The translations under genes and the position numbers were made by a program. Shown piece by piece: positions 10,053-19,083 of a stretch of DNA of 35,330 nt; the stretch's first letter is position 1; the number at the start of each line of letters is the position of its first letter. The notes under the pieces were generated by a model. That model did not search any database, had not been told where the DNA came from, and saw only the letters and a list, made by a program, of their open reading frames with translations. The DNA comes from Terrimicrobiaceae bacterium. GTDB taxonomy: Bacteria; Verrucomicrobiota; Verrucomicrobiia; Chthoniobacterales; Terrimicrobiaceae. The stretch lies in NCBI GenBank assembly GCA_044342325.1, contig JBIIPZ010000032.1, positions 1 through 35,330 on the forward strand. Reading direction: 5' to 3'.

Positions 10053-10385
10053 ATGAACAAACCTGAAATCACAGCTTACCTGAAGACCCACTGCGGATGG
10101 AGCCGCGGCGTGCGTGCGGTTTTTGAAAAATATGAACTTCCCTTCACGGAGAAGGACATCATTCAAAATCCGAACTACCGCTTCGAGATGGAGCAGCTGA
10201 GCGGCCAACCGCTCTCACCCTGCGTCGTCATCAACGGCACAATGCTCGCAGACATCAGCGGCGAAGAGGTCGAAGCCTACATGCTCCAAAACAGCATTGT
10301 CGGCGATGCCTCCAAGTCCACGAGCGTCCCGCTCAACGCCCCATGCTCGGACGAAGAGCACGCGGCCATGGTGCAGGTCCGGTAA
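10053..10385 (+). CDS. Glutaredoxin-like protein (CGWS monothiol motif)
   Basis: YLKTHCGWS active-site position and SGQPLSPCVVING cis-Pro region typical of the Grx fold. Confidence 0.8.
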   Translation: MNKPEITAYLKTHCGWSRGVRAVFEKYELPFTEKDIIQNPNYRFEMEQLSGQPLSPCVVINGTMLADISGEEVEAYMLQNSIVGDASKSTSVPLNAPCSDEEHAAMVQVR

Positions 10386-10403
10386 GCAAGGAAAACTCAA
10401 CCC

Positions 10404-10444
10404 AAAAAGACCGCTTCGATGCAAATTCGGAGCGGTCTTTTTTT
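10404..10444 (+). terminator. Rho-independent terminator (possibly bidirectional)
   Basis: AAAAA-GACCGCTTCGA-TGCAAAT-TCGGAGCGGTC-TTTTTTT stem-loop with U tract. Confidence 0.85.
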
Positions 10445-10476
10445 GTCTCCGCTGATACAGTGCTGAAGCTTCAAAA

Positions 10477-11607
10477 ATGAACAAGCGCCGCAAAAAAACA
10501 TCTCCTGCTGCAGAGCCTCGATTTGTGAAGCTCTCCAGCGACAGGCGGATCATCCTCCTCGATCAGGAGCCGCTCCGCGAGGAGGCGGGCCGCGCTGCGC
10601 GCAAAAAAATCGGCGAGATGGAGAAGCTCGCTAGCTCGCTCGAGGAATTTGAAAAAACCATCCTCCCCGCCTACACGCGCTGGGAAGAGGAAACGCTCGG
10701 CCCGCTGCTGGCCGAGGAGCGCCAGCTTAATGCCAAGATCGACCACCTCGAGCGTTTGCTGAGCACGGCAGGTCTGGAGGCGCTTTTCACAGGGCGTGAT
10801 CCCTCCGAAATCTATGCCGACATCGCTCGCGAGCAGCAGGAATGGGAGGAGCGGCAAGCCAGCGGTGAGACTGATCGATCCCAGCCGGAATCTGAACCAG
10901 AGCCGGAGGAGGACCCCGACGCCCAGAGGGAATTCACGGACGAGGAGCGCGAATTCCGCAGCTATGTCCGCTACGCCATCGGTGAAGACCCGGATTATTT
11001 CAACAAGCGGCAATACAAAAAGCTCTTTAACGAATACCGGGAGTGGAAACAAAAACGCGAGGGCGAGGCAGCTACCATCTCCAGAAAAAAAGAGGACATC
11101 CCCGCCCGCGTGAAAGAACTCTACCGTGTGCTCGTCCGCCGCCTGCATCCCGACACAGGCAAATCCCGCAACGATCCGAATACCCAACGCCTCTGGCATG
11201 ATCTCCAGGACGCCTACGCCGCGATGGATGTCGAGCGTCTCGAGGTTCTGCTCGCCCTCACGGATCTCCATGAGAGCGGCAGCGCGATCCGCTCCACGCT
11301 TTATCATCTCCGCAAGGTCGCAAAGGAAATGGAACGCACGGTCCGGGATTTGAAAAACCGCTTCCGAGAGGCGCGCACCTCGCCCGCTTGGCAATTTTGG
11401 CATGCGGATAATCGCCAGAAGGTCGGCACAAAAATGCGGGCCGCAGTCGAAGCCCGCATCCGGGATGCAAAAAATCACCTCGCCACCCTCGAGAAAGAAA
11501 TCGCCCTCTGGAAAAAAGACGCCGGAGCGAGCGGGCGAAAGGCGCCGAAATCCAAAGGCCGCAAGCCAAAAGACGAGTCGAGCGATCAAGGGCTCTTCGA
11601 CTTTTAA
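10477..11607 (+). CDS. Coiled-coil protein with internal J-domain-like HPD motif
   Basis: VKELYRVLVRRLHPDTG...LWHDLQDAY matches J-domain helix II-HPD-helix III; flanked by charged helical regions. Confidence 0.7.
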   Translation: MNKRRKKTSPAAEPRFVKLSSDRRIILLDQEPLREEAGRAARKKIGEMEKLASSLEEFEKTILPAYTRWEEETLGPLLAEERQLNAKIDHLERLLSTAGLEALFTGRDPSEIYADIAREQQEWEERQASGETDRSQPESEPEPEEDPDAQREFTDEEREFRSYVRYAIGEDPDYFNKRQYKKLFNEYREWKQKREGEAATISRKKEDIPARVKELYRVLVRRLHPDTGKSRNDPNTQRLWHDLQDAYAAMDVERLEVLLALTDLHESGSAIRSTLYHLRKVAKEMERTVRDLKNRFREARTSPAWQFWHADNRQKVGTKMRAAVEARIRDAKNHLATLEKEIALWKKDAGASGRKAPKSKGRKPKDESSDQGLFDF

Positions 11608-11651
11608 ATCTCCGTGCGCTCAGGGCCAGCCAGCGTTAATTTTTATCAGCC

Positions 11652-12317
11652 ATGACTACCGCAGCCATCCTTGTCGCCGCCGGCTCGAGCGCCCGCATGG
11701 GGTTCGATAAACTCACGGCTCCACTGTGTGGTCGCAGTATTCTCGAATGGTCGTTGCGCGCCTTTCAAGACTGCCCCGCCATCGACCGCGCCGTGCTGGT
11801 GTGCGCACCACAGCGCATCGCGGAATTCACCGCGCTTGCTGCTGCGTTTCCCAAGTTTCGCGACATCGTCGCTGGTGGAGCCGAGCGCAGCGCATCGGTG
11901 CTCCACGGCCTCCAAGCCCTCGCGTCGAATCCACCGGATTTCGTCGCAGTCCATGATGCCGCCCGCCCGCTGGTCACTCCCGCACTTATCGAAAAAGTCC
12001 TCGCCGCCGCAGAAACCCACCGCGCCGCCTCTGCCGCCCATCCGGTCACCGATTCGCTGCACCGTGCTGACGCCACCGGAGCGCTCGCGGAAACCATTCC
12101 CCGCGCCAATATCTTCGCCATGCAAACCCCGCAGGTCGCCCGCTACGACCTCCTCCTCGCCGCGCTGGAGGCCCATCACGCCGGCGCCACAGACGAAGTC
12201 TCCGCACTCATCGCCAATGGCATTCATCCCGTCCCCGTTCTCCACGGCGAACCCAATTTCAAAATCACCTTCCCGAGCGATCTCGCGCTGGCCGGGCTTT
12301 TTCTTCAAGAACCGTGA
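11652..12317 (+). CDS. ispD: 2-C-methyl-D-erythritol 4-phosphate cytidylyltransferase
   Basis: ILVAAGSSARMG..K, GGAERSASV, VAVHDAARP, MQTPQ, TDE, NFKITFPSDL. Confidence 0.95.
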   Translation: MTTAAILVAAGSSARMGFDKLTAPLCGRSILEWSLRAFQDCPAIDRAVLVCAPQRIAEFTALAAAFPKFRDIVAGGAERSASVLHGLQALASNPPDFVAVHDAARPLVTPALIEKVLAAAETHRAASAAHPVTDSLHRADATGALAETIPRANIFAMQTPQVARYDLLLAALEAHHAGATDEVSALIANGIHPVPVLHGEPNFKITFPSDLALAGLFLQEP

Positions 12318-13357
12318 GCGCTGAAAATCCAATAGCCGAAACTCCACCGCCCACCGTTTCCGGCTTCAAACGCCTGCGATACAAACTCGAATTTTTCGGG
12401 CTCAAATTTGTCGAGGCCTTCGTGCCGCGACTGCCCTACGCCGCCCTCCAGCCTCTCGCCAATGCGCTCGGCTTCGTTTTCTTCCATCTGGATTCGCGGG
12501 GCCGCGCTGTGGCCATCGAAAATTTGCGCGTTGCATTCGGCTCCGCCCACACACCCGCCGAGCGCACCCGCATCGCCCGCAAGTCGTGCCAGAACTTCGC
12601 TCGAACGATGCTCTGCCTCTTCTGGTCGTCGAATCTGACCCCCGAAAATTACCAGAACTACATTCGAGTTGAGGGCCTCGATAACCATCCCATCCACCGC
12701 GACAAAAACGCACCCGGGGTTTATTTCCTCACCCACTTCTCCAATTTCGAGTGGATCAGCCTTGCCAGTTCCTTCGCCGTCACACCGGGATTGGTGATCA
12801 CCCAGACTTTTAAAAATCCATCGCTCGGTCCCATTTTTGACAGCCTCCGGGCCCGAGGCGGCCATACGATCATTCCCCCCTCGCGCGCGCTCATTCGCAT
12901 GATCAAGCTCCTGCGCGCAGGAGGAAAAGTCGGCGCCGCCGCCGATCTCAGTATCAATCCAAAACACGGCGCCGTGCCAGTCCTCTGTTTCGGCCTCTGG
13001 ACATCCATGAGCCCGATCGCCGGCATCCTCTCCGAGCGCGGCGGCGCAGGCCTCGTCCCCAGCCAGATTTTTCCCGAACCCGACGGCCGCTTCCGCCTCG
13101 TCTACCATCCCCCGCTCGACCTGCCGCAGAACGCCACCCACCAGCAAATCGCCCAAGAGTGCTGGAACATCATGGAACCCATGATCAAAAAAAATCCCGA
13201 GCTCTGGCTCTGGAGCTACAAACAGTGGAGATACAAACCCTCCAACGCCCCCGAAGGCCAATACCCCTTCTACGCAAACACCACAAAACGCTTCGACGAA
13301 ATCCTGGAGTCACAATCAGCCCTAGGAGGGACAACCTCCGGCTTGTCCCAAGATTGA
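12314..13357 (+). CDS. Lipid A biosynthesis acyltransferase (LpxL/HtrB family); last ~11 codons and stop lie in the REP array
   Basis: AIENLRVAF, THFSNFEW (HxxNxE), NPELWLWSYKQWR; GTGA overlap with ispD. Confidence 0.85.
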   Translation: MSAENPIAETPPPTVSGFKRLRYKLEFFGLKFVEAFVPRLPYAALQPLANALGFVFFHLDSRGRAVAIENLRVAFGSAHTPAERTRIARKSCQNFARTMLCLFWSSNLTPENYQNYIRVEGLDNHPIHRDKNAPGVYFLTHFSNFEWISLASSFAVTPGLVITQTFKNPSLGPIFDSLRARGGHTIIPPSRALIRMIKLLRAGGKVGAAADLSINPKHGAVPVLCFGLWTSMSPIAGILSERGGAGLVPSQIFPEPDGRFRLVYHPPLDLPQNATHQQIAQECWNIMEPMIKKNPELWLWSYKQWRYKPSNAPEGQYPFYANTTKRFDEILESQSALGGTTSGLSQD

Positions 13358-13560
13358 ACCGCGAGGCAACCACGCCGCCCCGTCCCTATCACCTCGCGCG
13401 CCAACGCCGCTCCGCGGCTGAAAAGTGGGGCATGCCGGAGGATGCCCCTCCCATAAGCACGAGCCCGCGCCGTCGACCCTGGGAGGGACAACTTCCGGCT
13501 TGTCCCAAGACTGAACCGCGTGGCAACCACACCGCCCCGTCCCCATCACACCGCGCGCCC
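13321..13560. repeat. Left REP/BIME array: ~1.5 copies of a 157-bp unit (REP-A +, REP-B -, REP-A +)
   Basis: REP-A hairpin GGGACAA-N8-TTGTCCC at 13328 and 13485 (157 apart); REP-B GGGGCAT-N8-ATGCCCC-TCCCA at 13427. Confidence 0.93.
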
Positions 13561-13611
13561 CCCCAAAAAAATTCTTGAACACCTCCACCCATTGAACGAT
13601 GGCGTTCCCCT

Positions 13612-14085
13612 ATGCACGAAGCCGGTCGCCGCGCTCCGATTCATCTCCCGCCCTGCCTCGGCGTAGGCCAGCCAACGATCATTTTCCTAACCATCTGCAC
13701 CAAGGAGCGCCGACCTCTTCTGGCATGTCCCGCCATTCACGATTTTCTCCGCGAAGCATGGTCCGACGCTTCGCATTGGCTTGTCGGCCGATATGTGATC
13801 CTGCCGGACCACCTGCATCTATTTTGCTCACCCGTTGTAGACTGCGATATCCCGCTCGAACGCTGGGTCGCCTTCTGGAAAAATGTAGTAGCACGCAAAT
13901 GGAAAGCCACCCATAAAACCCCAGAACCCCTCTGGCAAAAAGAATTCTGGGACCGCCGCCTCCGCGCCGACGAAAGCTACAATCAAAAATGGGACTATGT
14001 GCGCAACAACCCCGTGCGCCACGGCCTCTGCCAGAAAACCGAAGACTGGCCCCACCAAGGAGAGATTCACGAACTGCGCATGTGA
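13612..14085 (+). CDS. REP-associated tyrosine transposase (RAYT; Y1/HUH, IS200-like)
   Basis: IIFLTICTKERRPLL, YVILPDHLHL (HUH), LWQKEFWDRRLR, DYVRNNPVRHGL (catalytic Tyr + NP), DWP; flanked on both sides by REP hairpins. Confidence 0.92.
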   Translation: MHEAGRRAPIHLPPCLGVGQPTIIFLTICTKERRPLLACPAIHDFLREAWSDASHWLVGRYVILPDHLHLFCSPVVDCDIPLERWVAFWKNVVARKWKATHKTPEPLWQKEFWDRRLRADESYNQKWDYVRNNPVRHGLCQKTEDWPHQGEIHELRM

Positions 14086-14551
14086 CCCTGGGAGGGACAA
14101 CCTCCGGCTTGTCCCAAGATTGTATCGCGAGGCAACTACGCCGCCCCGTCCCCACCACACCGCGCGCCAGCGCCGCTTCGCGGCTGAAAAATGGGGCATG
14201 CGGGACGATGCCCCTCCCATAAGCACGACTCCGCCCCAGCGACCTCGGGAGGGACAACCTCCGGCTTGTCCCAAGATTGTATCGCGAGGCAACCACGCCG
14301 CCCCGTCCCCATCACGCCGTGCGCCGCCGCCGCTTCGCGACTGAAAAGTGGGGCATGCGGGACGATGCCCCTCCCATGAGCACGACCCCGCGCCAGCGAC
14401 CTCGGGAGGGACAACCTCCGGCTTGTCCCAAGAATGAACCGCGGGACAACCACGCCGTCCCGTCCCCATCACGCCGCGCGCCGACGCCGCTTCGTATCTG
14501 AAAAGTGGGGCATGCGGGACGATGCCCCTCCCATGAGCACGACTCGCGCCG
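14086..14551. repeat. Right REP/BIME array: 3 tandem 157-bp units
   Basis: REP-A stems at 14094, 14251, 14408; REP-B stems at 14193, 14350, 14507. Period 157 and A-to-B offset 99 in every unit. Confidence 0.95.
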
Positions 14552-15004
14552 TTACTTCCCGCCCACCTTCGGCAATCCCACCACGCGCTCGCCGGGCCAG
14601 ATGTTATTTTTGGTGAACCATCCGCGCGGCATTTCAAGCGCGTAGGCGATGTGCGGGAAGCTGCTTGGCACCGGGCGTTCATTGAACGGCTCGAGGTCGT
14701 GAAGTTCCATGATCGCACCGTTCGGCGCGATGTAGGCGATGGTCAGCGGCACCTCCGTATTCCGCATCCAGAAAGCGACAGGGCCGGTTTGCGGCATGAT
14801 GAACAGCATGCCGGCATCGGCCGCGAGCTCTTTGCGAAACATGAGCCCTGCTGCGCGCTCGTGCTCCTCGTCGGCGATTTCCGCGCGAATGGATTTGCCG
14901 CCGATCGAGAGCTTCGCGATCGGCAATTCAGGCTGGGCTTGTGTCTGCGCGGGACTGGTGAATGTCGTCGCTGCGAGCAAAACCGCAAAAAGAAAAGCCC
15001 GCAC
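14552..15004 (-). CDS. DUF192-domain exported protein
   Basis: AEIAD..ERAAGLMFR..L..DAGMLF, FWMRNT..PL.IAYI, YALEMPRG. Signal peptide follows GTG at 15004 (ORF track starts 15058). Confidence 0.88.
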   Translation of the reverse strand: MRAFLFAVLLAATTFTSPAQTQAQPELPIAKLSIGGKSIRAEIADEEHERAAGLMFRKELAADAGMLFIMPQTGPVAFWMRNTEVPLTIAYIAPNGAIMELHDLEPFNERPVPSSFPHIAYALEMPRGWFTKNNIWPGERVVGLPKVGGK

Positions 15005-15203
15005 CGCAAAAGAAATTTCATCGAATTTATTGACAGGATGGAAAGAATTTGGAGACATACCGGACTTTCAAAAACTCATGTATTCCATCCGCAGTCTCTA
15101 CGCAAACTCCCATCGCGCCAATTTTCGCGCCGAGGTATTTCCAAAGACTGCAAAAACCCAAGGGATACACGGACCCAAACTTTCGATTGTGACGCTCTGA
15201 TCA

Positions 15204-15857
15204 ATGGCGAATTTTTTTCCAAAATGGACAAACTGGCTTCCGCTGAAGCTGGTCATTTGCGCCGGTGCGCTGGTCACCGCCATTGCGGGCGGGCTCACCT
15301 ATTACTTCACTCCAAAATACACGCGGGTCGGCTACGAGCCGAACCAGCCCGTGCCGTTCTCGCATGTGATCCATGTGCAGCAGCTCGGCATGGATTGCCG
15401 CTACTGCCATAGCTTCGTGGAGGTCGCCTCGCACTCGAATGTCCCGACGACCCAGACCTGCATGGCCTGCCATACTCAGATCAAAGCCGACAGTCCGAAG
15501 CTCGCCGCCGTGCGCGAGAGCTGGAAGACCGGCCAGCCGGTGAACTGGGTTCGTATCCACCAAGTTCCCGACTACACCTATTTCAACCACGCCGTCCATG
15601 TGAACCGTGGCGTGAGCTGCTACAGCTGCCACGGCGCAGTGAATGAAATGAAGGTCGTCTATCAGCACGAGCCGCAGAGCATGTCCTGGTGCCTCGATTG
15701 CCACCGCGCACCTGAAAATCACCTCCGTCCGCCCTCGGAAATCTACAACATGGCTTGGAAACCGGCTGAGGATACCACCCAGCGCGAAATCGGCCTGAAG
15801 TTTAAAGAGGAGTGGGAAGTCAACCCGCCCGTCACTTGCGGAGGTTGCCACCGATGA
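15204..15857 (+). CDS. actA: Alternative complex III subunit ActA, pentaheme cytochrome c
   Basis: N-terminal TM, PNQPVPFSH, five CxxCH (CRYCH, CMACH, CYSCH, CLDCH, CGGCH), YFNHAVHV. Confidence 0.92.
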   Translation: MANFFPKWTNWLPLKLVICAGALVTAIAGGLTYYFTPKYTRVGYEPNQPVPFSHVIHVQQLGMDCRYCHSFVEVASHSNVPTTQTCMACHTQIKADSPKLAAVRESWKTGQPVNWVRIHQVPDYTYFNHAVHVNRGVSCYSCHGAVNEMKVVYQHEPQSMSWCLDCHRAPENHLRPPSEIYNMAWKPAEDTTQREIGLKFKEEWEVNPPVTCGGCHR

Positions 15858-18800
15858 AGAAAAATTTGAACCACCCGGCCCCGGAGACCAACCCGCGCAT
15901 CTGGCGCAGCCTTCGCGAGCGCGAGAACGATCCGGAATTCTTGAAACACCTGCAGACCGAGTTCCCTCGCGGAGCCGATGTCTATCAGGACAGCGGTCTC
16001 TCGAAGCGTGAGTTCATGAAGCTCATGGGCGCCTCGATCGCCCTCGCCGGTGTGGGCTTGGCTGGTTGCCGCCGTCCAGAGTCCTACCTCGTTCCTTTCA
16101 CAAAAGGTGTGGAATACGCCATTCCCGGCAAGTTCCTCTACTACGCCACCTCGATGCCAGCCCGCTACGGCGCGGTTCCGCTCATCGCCACCACGAGCGA
16201 TGGACGCCCCACCAAGCTGGAAGGCAATCCGCTTCACCCCTTTAGCAATGGCGGCACGGACAGCTTCGCCCAAGCCGAGATCCTCAATCTTTACGATCCA
16301 CACCGCTCGAAGCAGATCACTGAAAAGGGAAAAGCCTCGGACGCCGCCACGTTCCATGCATTTATTCAATCCATCGCCAACGGCAATGGTGAGGGTCTCG
16401 CCATTCTGACCGAGTCGAAAAACTCGCCCACCCGCGACCGCCTGCGTGCCGCGCTGGAAGCAAAATTCCCGAAGCTCCTCTGGGCGGAATACGATCCTCT
16501 CGCTCCTGCGGCGACCATCGAGGCGAACGAAGCTTCATTCGGCCCGAATATCCGCCTCGTCCCCGACTTCAAACGCGCCGACATCGTCCTCGCGATTGGT
16601 AGTGATTTCTTGAATCCGATCGAGACTGGTATCGGTTTTGCCCAAGGCTTCGCGGCCCGCCGCAGTCCCGATCAGGAAGGCGCTCCAATGAACCGCCTCT
16701 ACGCCGTGGAGAACCACTTCACGGTCACCGGCGGCATGGCAGATCATCGCCTGCGCTGCAGAGCATCAGAACTCGGTGAATTCACCCGCCAGTTGGCCCT
16801 CGCCGTTGCGGCTAAAACCAACGACGCGAACCTCGCAGCCGTTGCCAAAGCCTTCCCTGAGTCGAAAGCCGCCATCAATGCGGATTGGGTCAAAGAATGC
16901 GCCGCCGATCTCTCCGCGAGCACTGGCCGTTCGATCGTGCTCGCTGGCCCGCTCACCCCGGCCCCTCTCCAGACGCTGGTCAACGCGATCAATAGCGCCC
17001 TCGGCAACATCGGCACAACCCTCAAGGCCGTCAAAACCGACTCCCGCGATGCCGCTTCCATCGAAGACCTTGCCGCCGCGATCAACAAGGGCAGCGTCAG
17101 CAACCTCTTCCTCCTCGGCGTCAATCCAGCTCAAAACGCTCCGGCCAACCTCGATTTCACCGCTCTCCTCGGCAAGGTTCCGAACACGGTCCACCTTGGT
17201 CTTTTCGAGGATGAAACCGCGAAAGCCTGCCGCTGGCATGTGCCCGCCGCCCATTTCCTAGAGACTTGGGGCGATATCCGCACTTTCGACGGCACCTACA
17301 CTTCAGTGCAGCCGATGATCCTTCCGCTCTGGAATGGCGTCTCCGAAATCGAGCTTCTCAATAAACTCTCCGGCTCCGCCGCACCAGAAGGCCCGGCCCT
17401 CGTTCGTGCGACCTTCAATAAAGTCGCCAAAGGCGCCAGCGACGAGTCTTGGAATGCCTTCCTGCGCGATGGTTTCCTGCCGGACTCGGCTTTTGCCCCA
17501 GCCAAGATGGCCTTCAACGCCACAACGGCTGCCGCACTCGCAAAACAAGCCCAGCCGGCTAAAGCCGATGCCTTGGAACTCGTTTTTCTGCAGAGCCCCA
17601 GCGTGGACGATGGACGCTATGCCAATAACTCTTGGCTCGTTGAGACTCCGGATTTTGTCACTAAACTGACCTGGGACAACGCTGTGCTTGTGAGCCCAGC
17701 CACGGCCAAGAAGCTCGGCATCAAAGCCAACAACTTCAATGTCCTCGGTGATATCGCCGAGAAGATGGGCAATGATGTCAACTACGACCTCGTCGCCGAC
17801 ATCGTGGAAATTTCCGACGGCAAAAAAACCATCGAAGCCGCAGCGATTGTCGCTCCTGGCCACGCTGACGATTCGCTCTCGATCGCGCTCGGTTACGGAC
17901 GCAAGGGCGTTTCCGCTCTGATGGATGGTGTTGGTTTCGATGCTTATCCGCTTCGCTCGACAGATTCCATGCTATTCCTCAGCGGAGTGACTCTCAAGGT
18001 CACGGACCGCGACTATCCGATGGCTCAAACCCAAGAGCATCGCAGCATGGAAGGCCGCGATCTCGTTCGTGAGGGAACGGTTGACCGCTACGCTAAAGAC
18101 AACACCTTCGCCCAAAAGATGGGCATGGATAGTCATATCCCGCCAAATATTTCTCTCTACACCCATCCCGAACTGACCTCAAAGGAGCAGTGGGGAATGA
18201 CGGTGGATCTCAATACCTGCACGGGTTGCAACGCCTGCGTTGTTGCCTGCCAGGCTGAGAATAACGTTCCAGTCGTCGGCAAAGACCAAGTCCGCAAAAA
18301 CCGCGACATGGCCTGGATACGCCTTGACCGCTACTTCGCGGGGGATGCCGAAGATCCTGAAATGCTCACGCAGGCCGTCATGTGCCAGCATTGCGAAAAT
18401 GCACCTTGCGAAACCGTTTGCCCGGTGAACGCCACAGTTCATAGCGAGGATGGCCTAAACCTCATGGCTTACAACCGCTGCATTGGAACGCGTTATTGCG
18501 CGAACAACTGCCCGTGGAAAGTTCGCCGTTTCAACTATTTCGATTACAACCAGCGTCCGATCGACGAGCTCTACTGGGGTCCGCTTGCCAAAAAAGGCAT
18601 GGCGGACAGCCTCAAGATGGCTAAGAATCCGAATGTCACGGTTCGTATGCGTGGCGTCATGGAGAAGTGCACCTTCTGTATCCAGCGTATCGAGGAGGCC
18701 AAAATCTCCCGCCTCGTGGAAGCCGGACCGACTCCAGCCAGTGAAACGCCGGTCGCTTCCTTCAAGGTTGCTTGCCAACAAGCTTGCCCGAACGACTCGC

Positions 18801-19069
18801 TCGTCTTTGGCGACATCGCCAATCCGAAGAGCGAAGTCTCCAAAATGCGCAAGAGCCCACGCCGCTACGAGATGTTCAAGTATCTCAATGTCACGCCGCG
18901 CGTCCTCTACTTGGCCCGCATCAAAAACCCGAATCCGAAAATGCCAGGTGCCGATCAAGTCGGAATGGCCAACGGCTCTGGCCACCACGGCGATGCCCAC
19001 GGTGCAGCGCACGATTCACACAACGCTCAACCGCCACACGGCGCAACCCACGCCCCCGCCGGCCACTAA
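15854..19069 (+). CDS. actB: Alternative complex III subunit ActB (molybdopterin-oxidoreductase-like + Fe-S domain)
   Basis: IWRSL, Tat-like SKREFMKLMGAS + lipobox LAGC, GRPTKLEGNPLHP, Cys motifs CTGCNACVVAC, CQHCENAPCETVC, CIGTRYCANNC, CTFC..CQQAC. ATG 15854 overlaps actA stop. Confidence 0.93.
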   Translation: MKKNLNHPAPETNPRIWRSLRERENDPEFLKHLQTEFPRGADVYQDSGLSKREFMKLMGASIALAGVGLAGCRRPESYLVPFTKGVEYAIPGKFLYYATSMPARYGAVPLIATTSDGRPTKLEGNPLHPFSNGGTDSFAQAEILNLYDPHRSKQITEKGKASDAATFHAFIQSIANGNGEGLAILTESKNSPTRDRLRAALEAKFPKLLWAEYDPLAPAATIEANEASFGPNIRLVPDFKRADIVLAIGSDFLNPIETGIGFAQGFAARRSPDQEGAPMNRLYAVENHFTVTGGMADHRLRCRASELGEFTRQLALAVAAKTNDANLAAVAKAFPESKAAINADWVKECAADLSASTGRSIVLAGPLTPAPLQTLVNAINSALGNIGTTLKAVKTDSRDAASIEDLAAAINKGSVSNLFLLGVNPAQNAPANLDFTALLGKVPNTVHLGLFEDETAKACRWHVPAAHFLETWGDIRTFDGTYTSVQPMILPLWNGVSEIELLNKLSGSAAPEGPALVRATFNKVAKGASDESWNAFLRDGFLPDSAFAPAKMAFNATTAAALAKQAQPAKADALELVFLQSPSVDDGRYANNSWLVETPDFVTKLTWDNAVLVSPATAKKLGIKANNFNVLGDIAEKMGNDVNYDLVADIVEISDGKKTIEAAAIVAPGHADDSLSIALGYGRKGVSALMDGVGFDAYPLRSTDSMLFLSGVTLKVTDRDYPMAQTQEHRSMEGRDLVREGTVDRYAKDNTFAQKMGMDSHIPPNISLYTHPELTSKEQWGMTVDLNTCTGCNACVVACQAENNVPVVGKDQVRKNRDMAWIRLDRYFAGDAEDPEMLTQAVMCQHCENAPCETVCPVNATVHSEDGLNLMAYNRCIGTRYCANNCPWKVRRFNYFDYNQRPIDELYWGPLAKKGMADSLKMAKNPNVTVRMRGVMEKCTFCIQRIEEAKISRLVEAGPTPASETPVASFKVACQQACPNDSLVFGDIANPKSEVSKMRKSPRRYEMFKYLNVTPRVLYLARIKNPNPKMPGADQVGMANGSGHHGDAHGAAHDSHNAQPPHGATHAPAGH

Positions 19070-19083
19070 CAGCTTCCTGACCA

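Noticed and set aside
13321..14551. CRISPR array interpretation of the regularly spaced palindromic repeats
   Set aside because: Spacers are near-identical copies rather than unique, repeats alternate in orientation, the period is 157 bp, no cas genes are present, and the adjacent gene is a RAYT.
13159..14718. Many overlapping ORFs with repeated peptides (SWDKPEVVPP, LGTSRRLSL, EKWGM)
   Set aside because: These are translations of the 157-bp repeat in different frames, not proteins.
15030..15058. Promoter TTGACA-17-AGACAT for the act operon
   Set aside because: The -35 is perfect but the -10 is too weak to call without TSS data.
15187..15204. FNR/CRP-like site TTGTGACGCTCTGATCAA before actA
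   Set aside because: Half-site spacing fits neither consensus and the motif overlaps the start codon.
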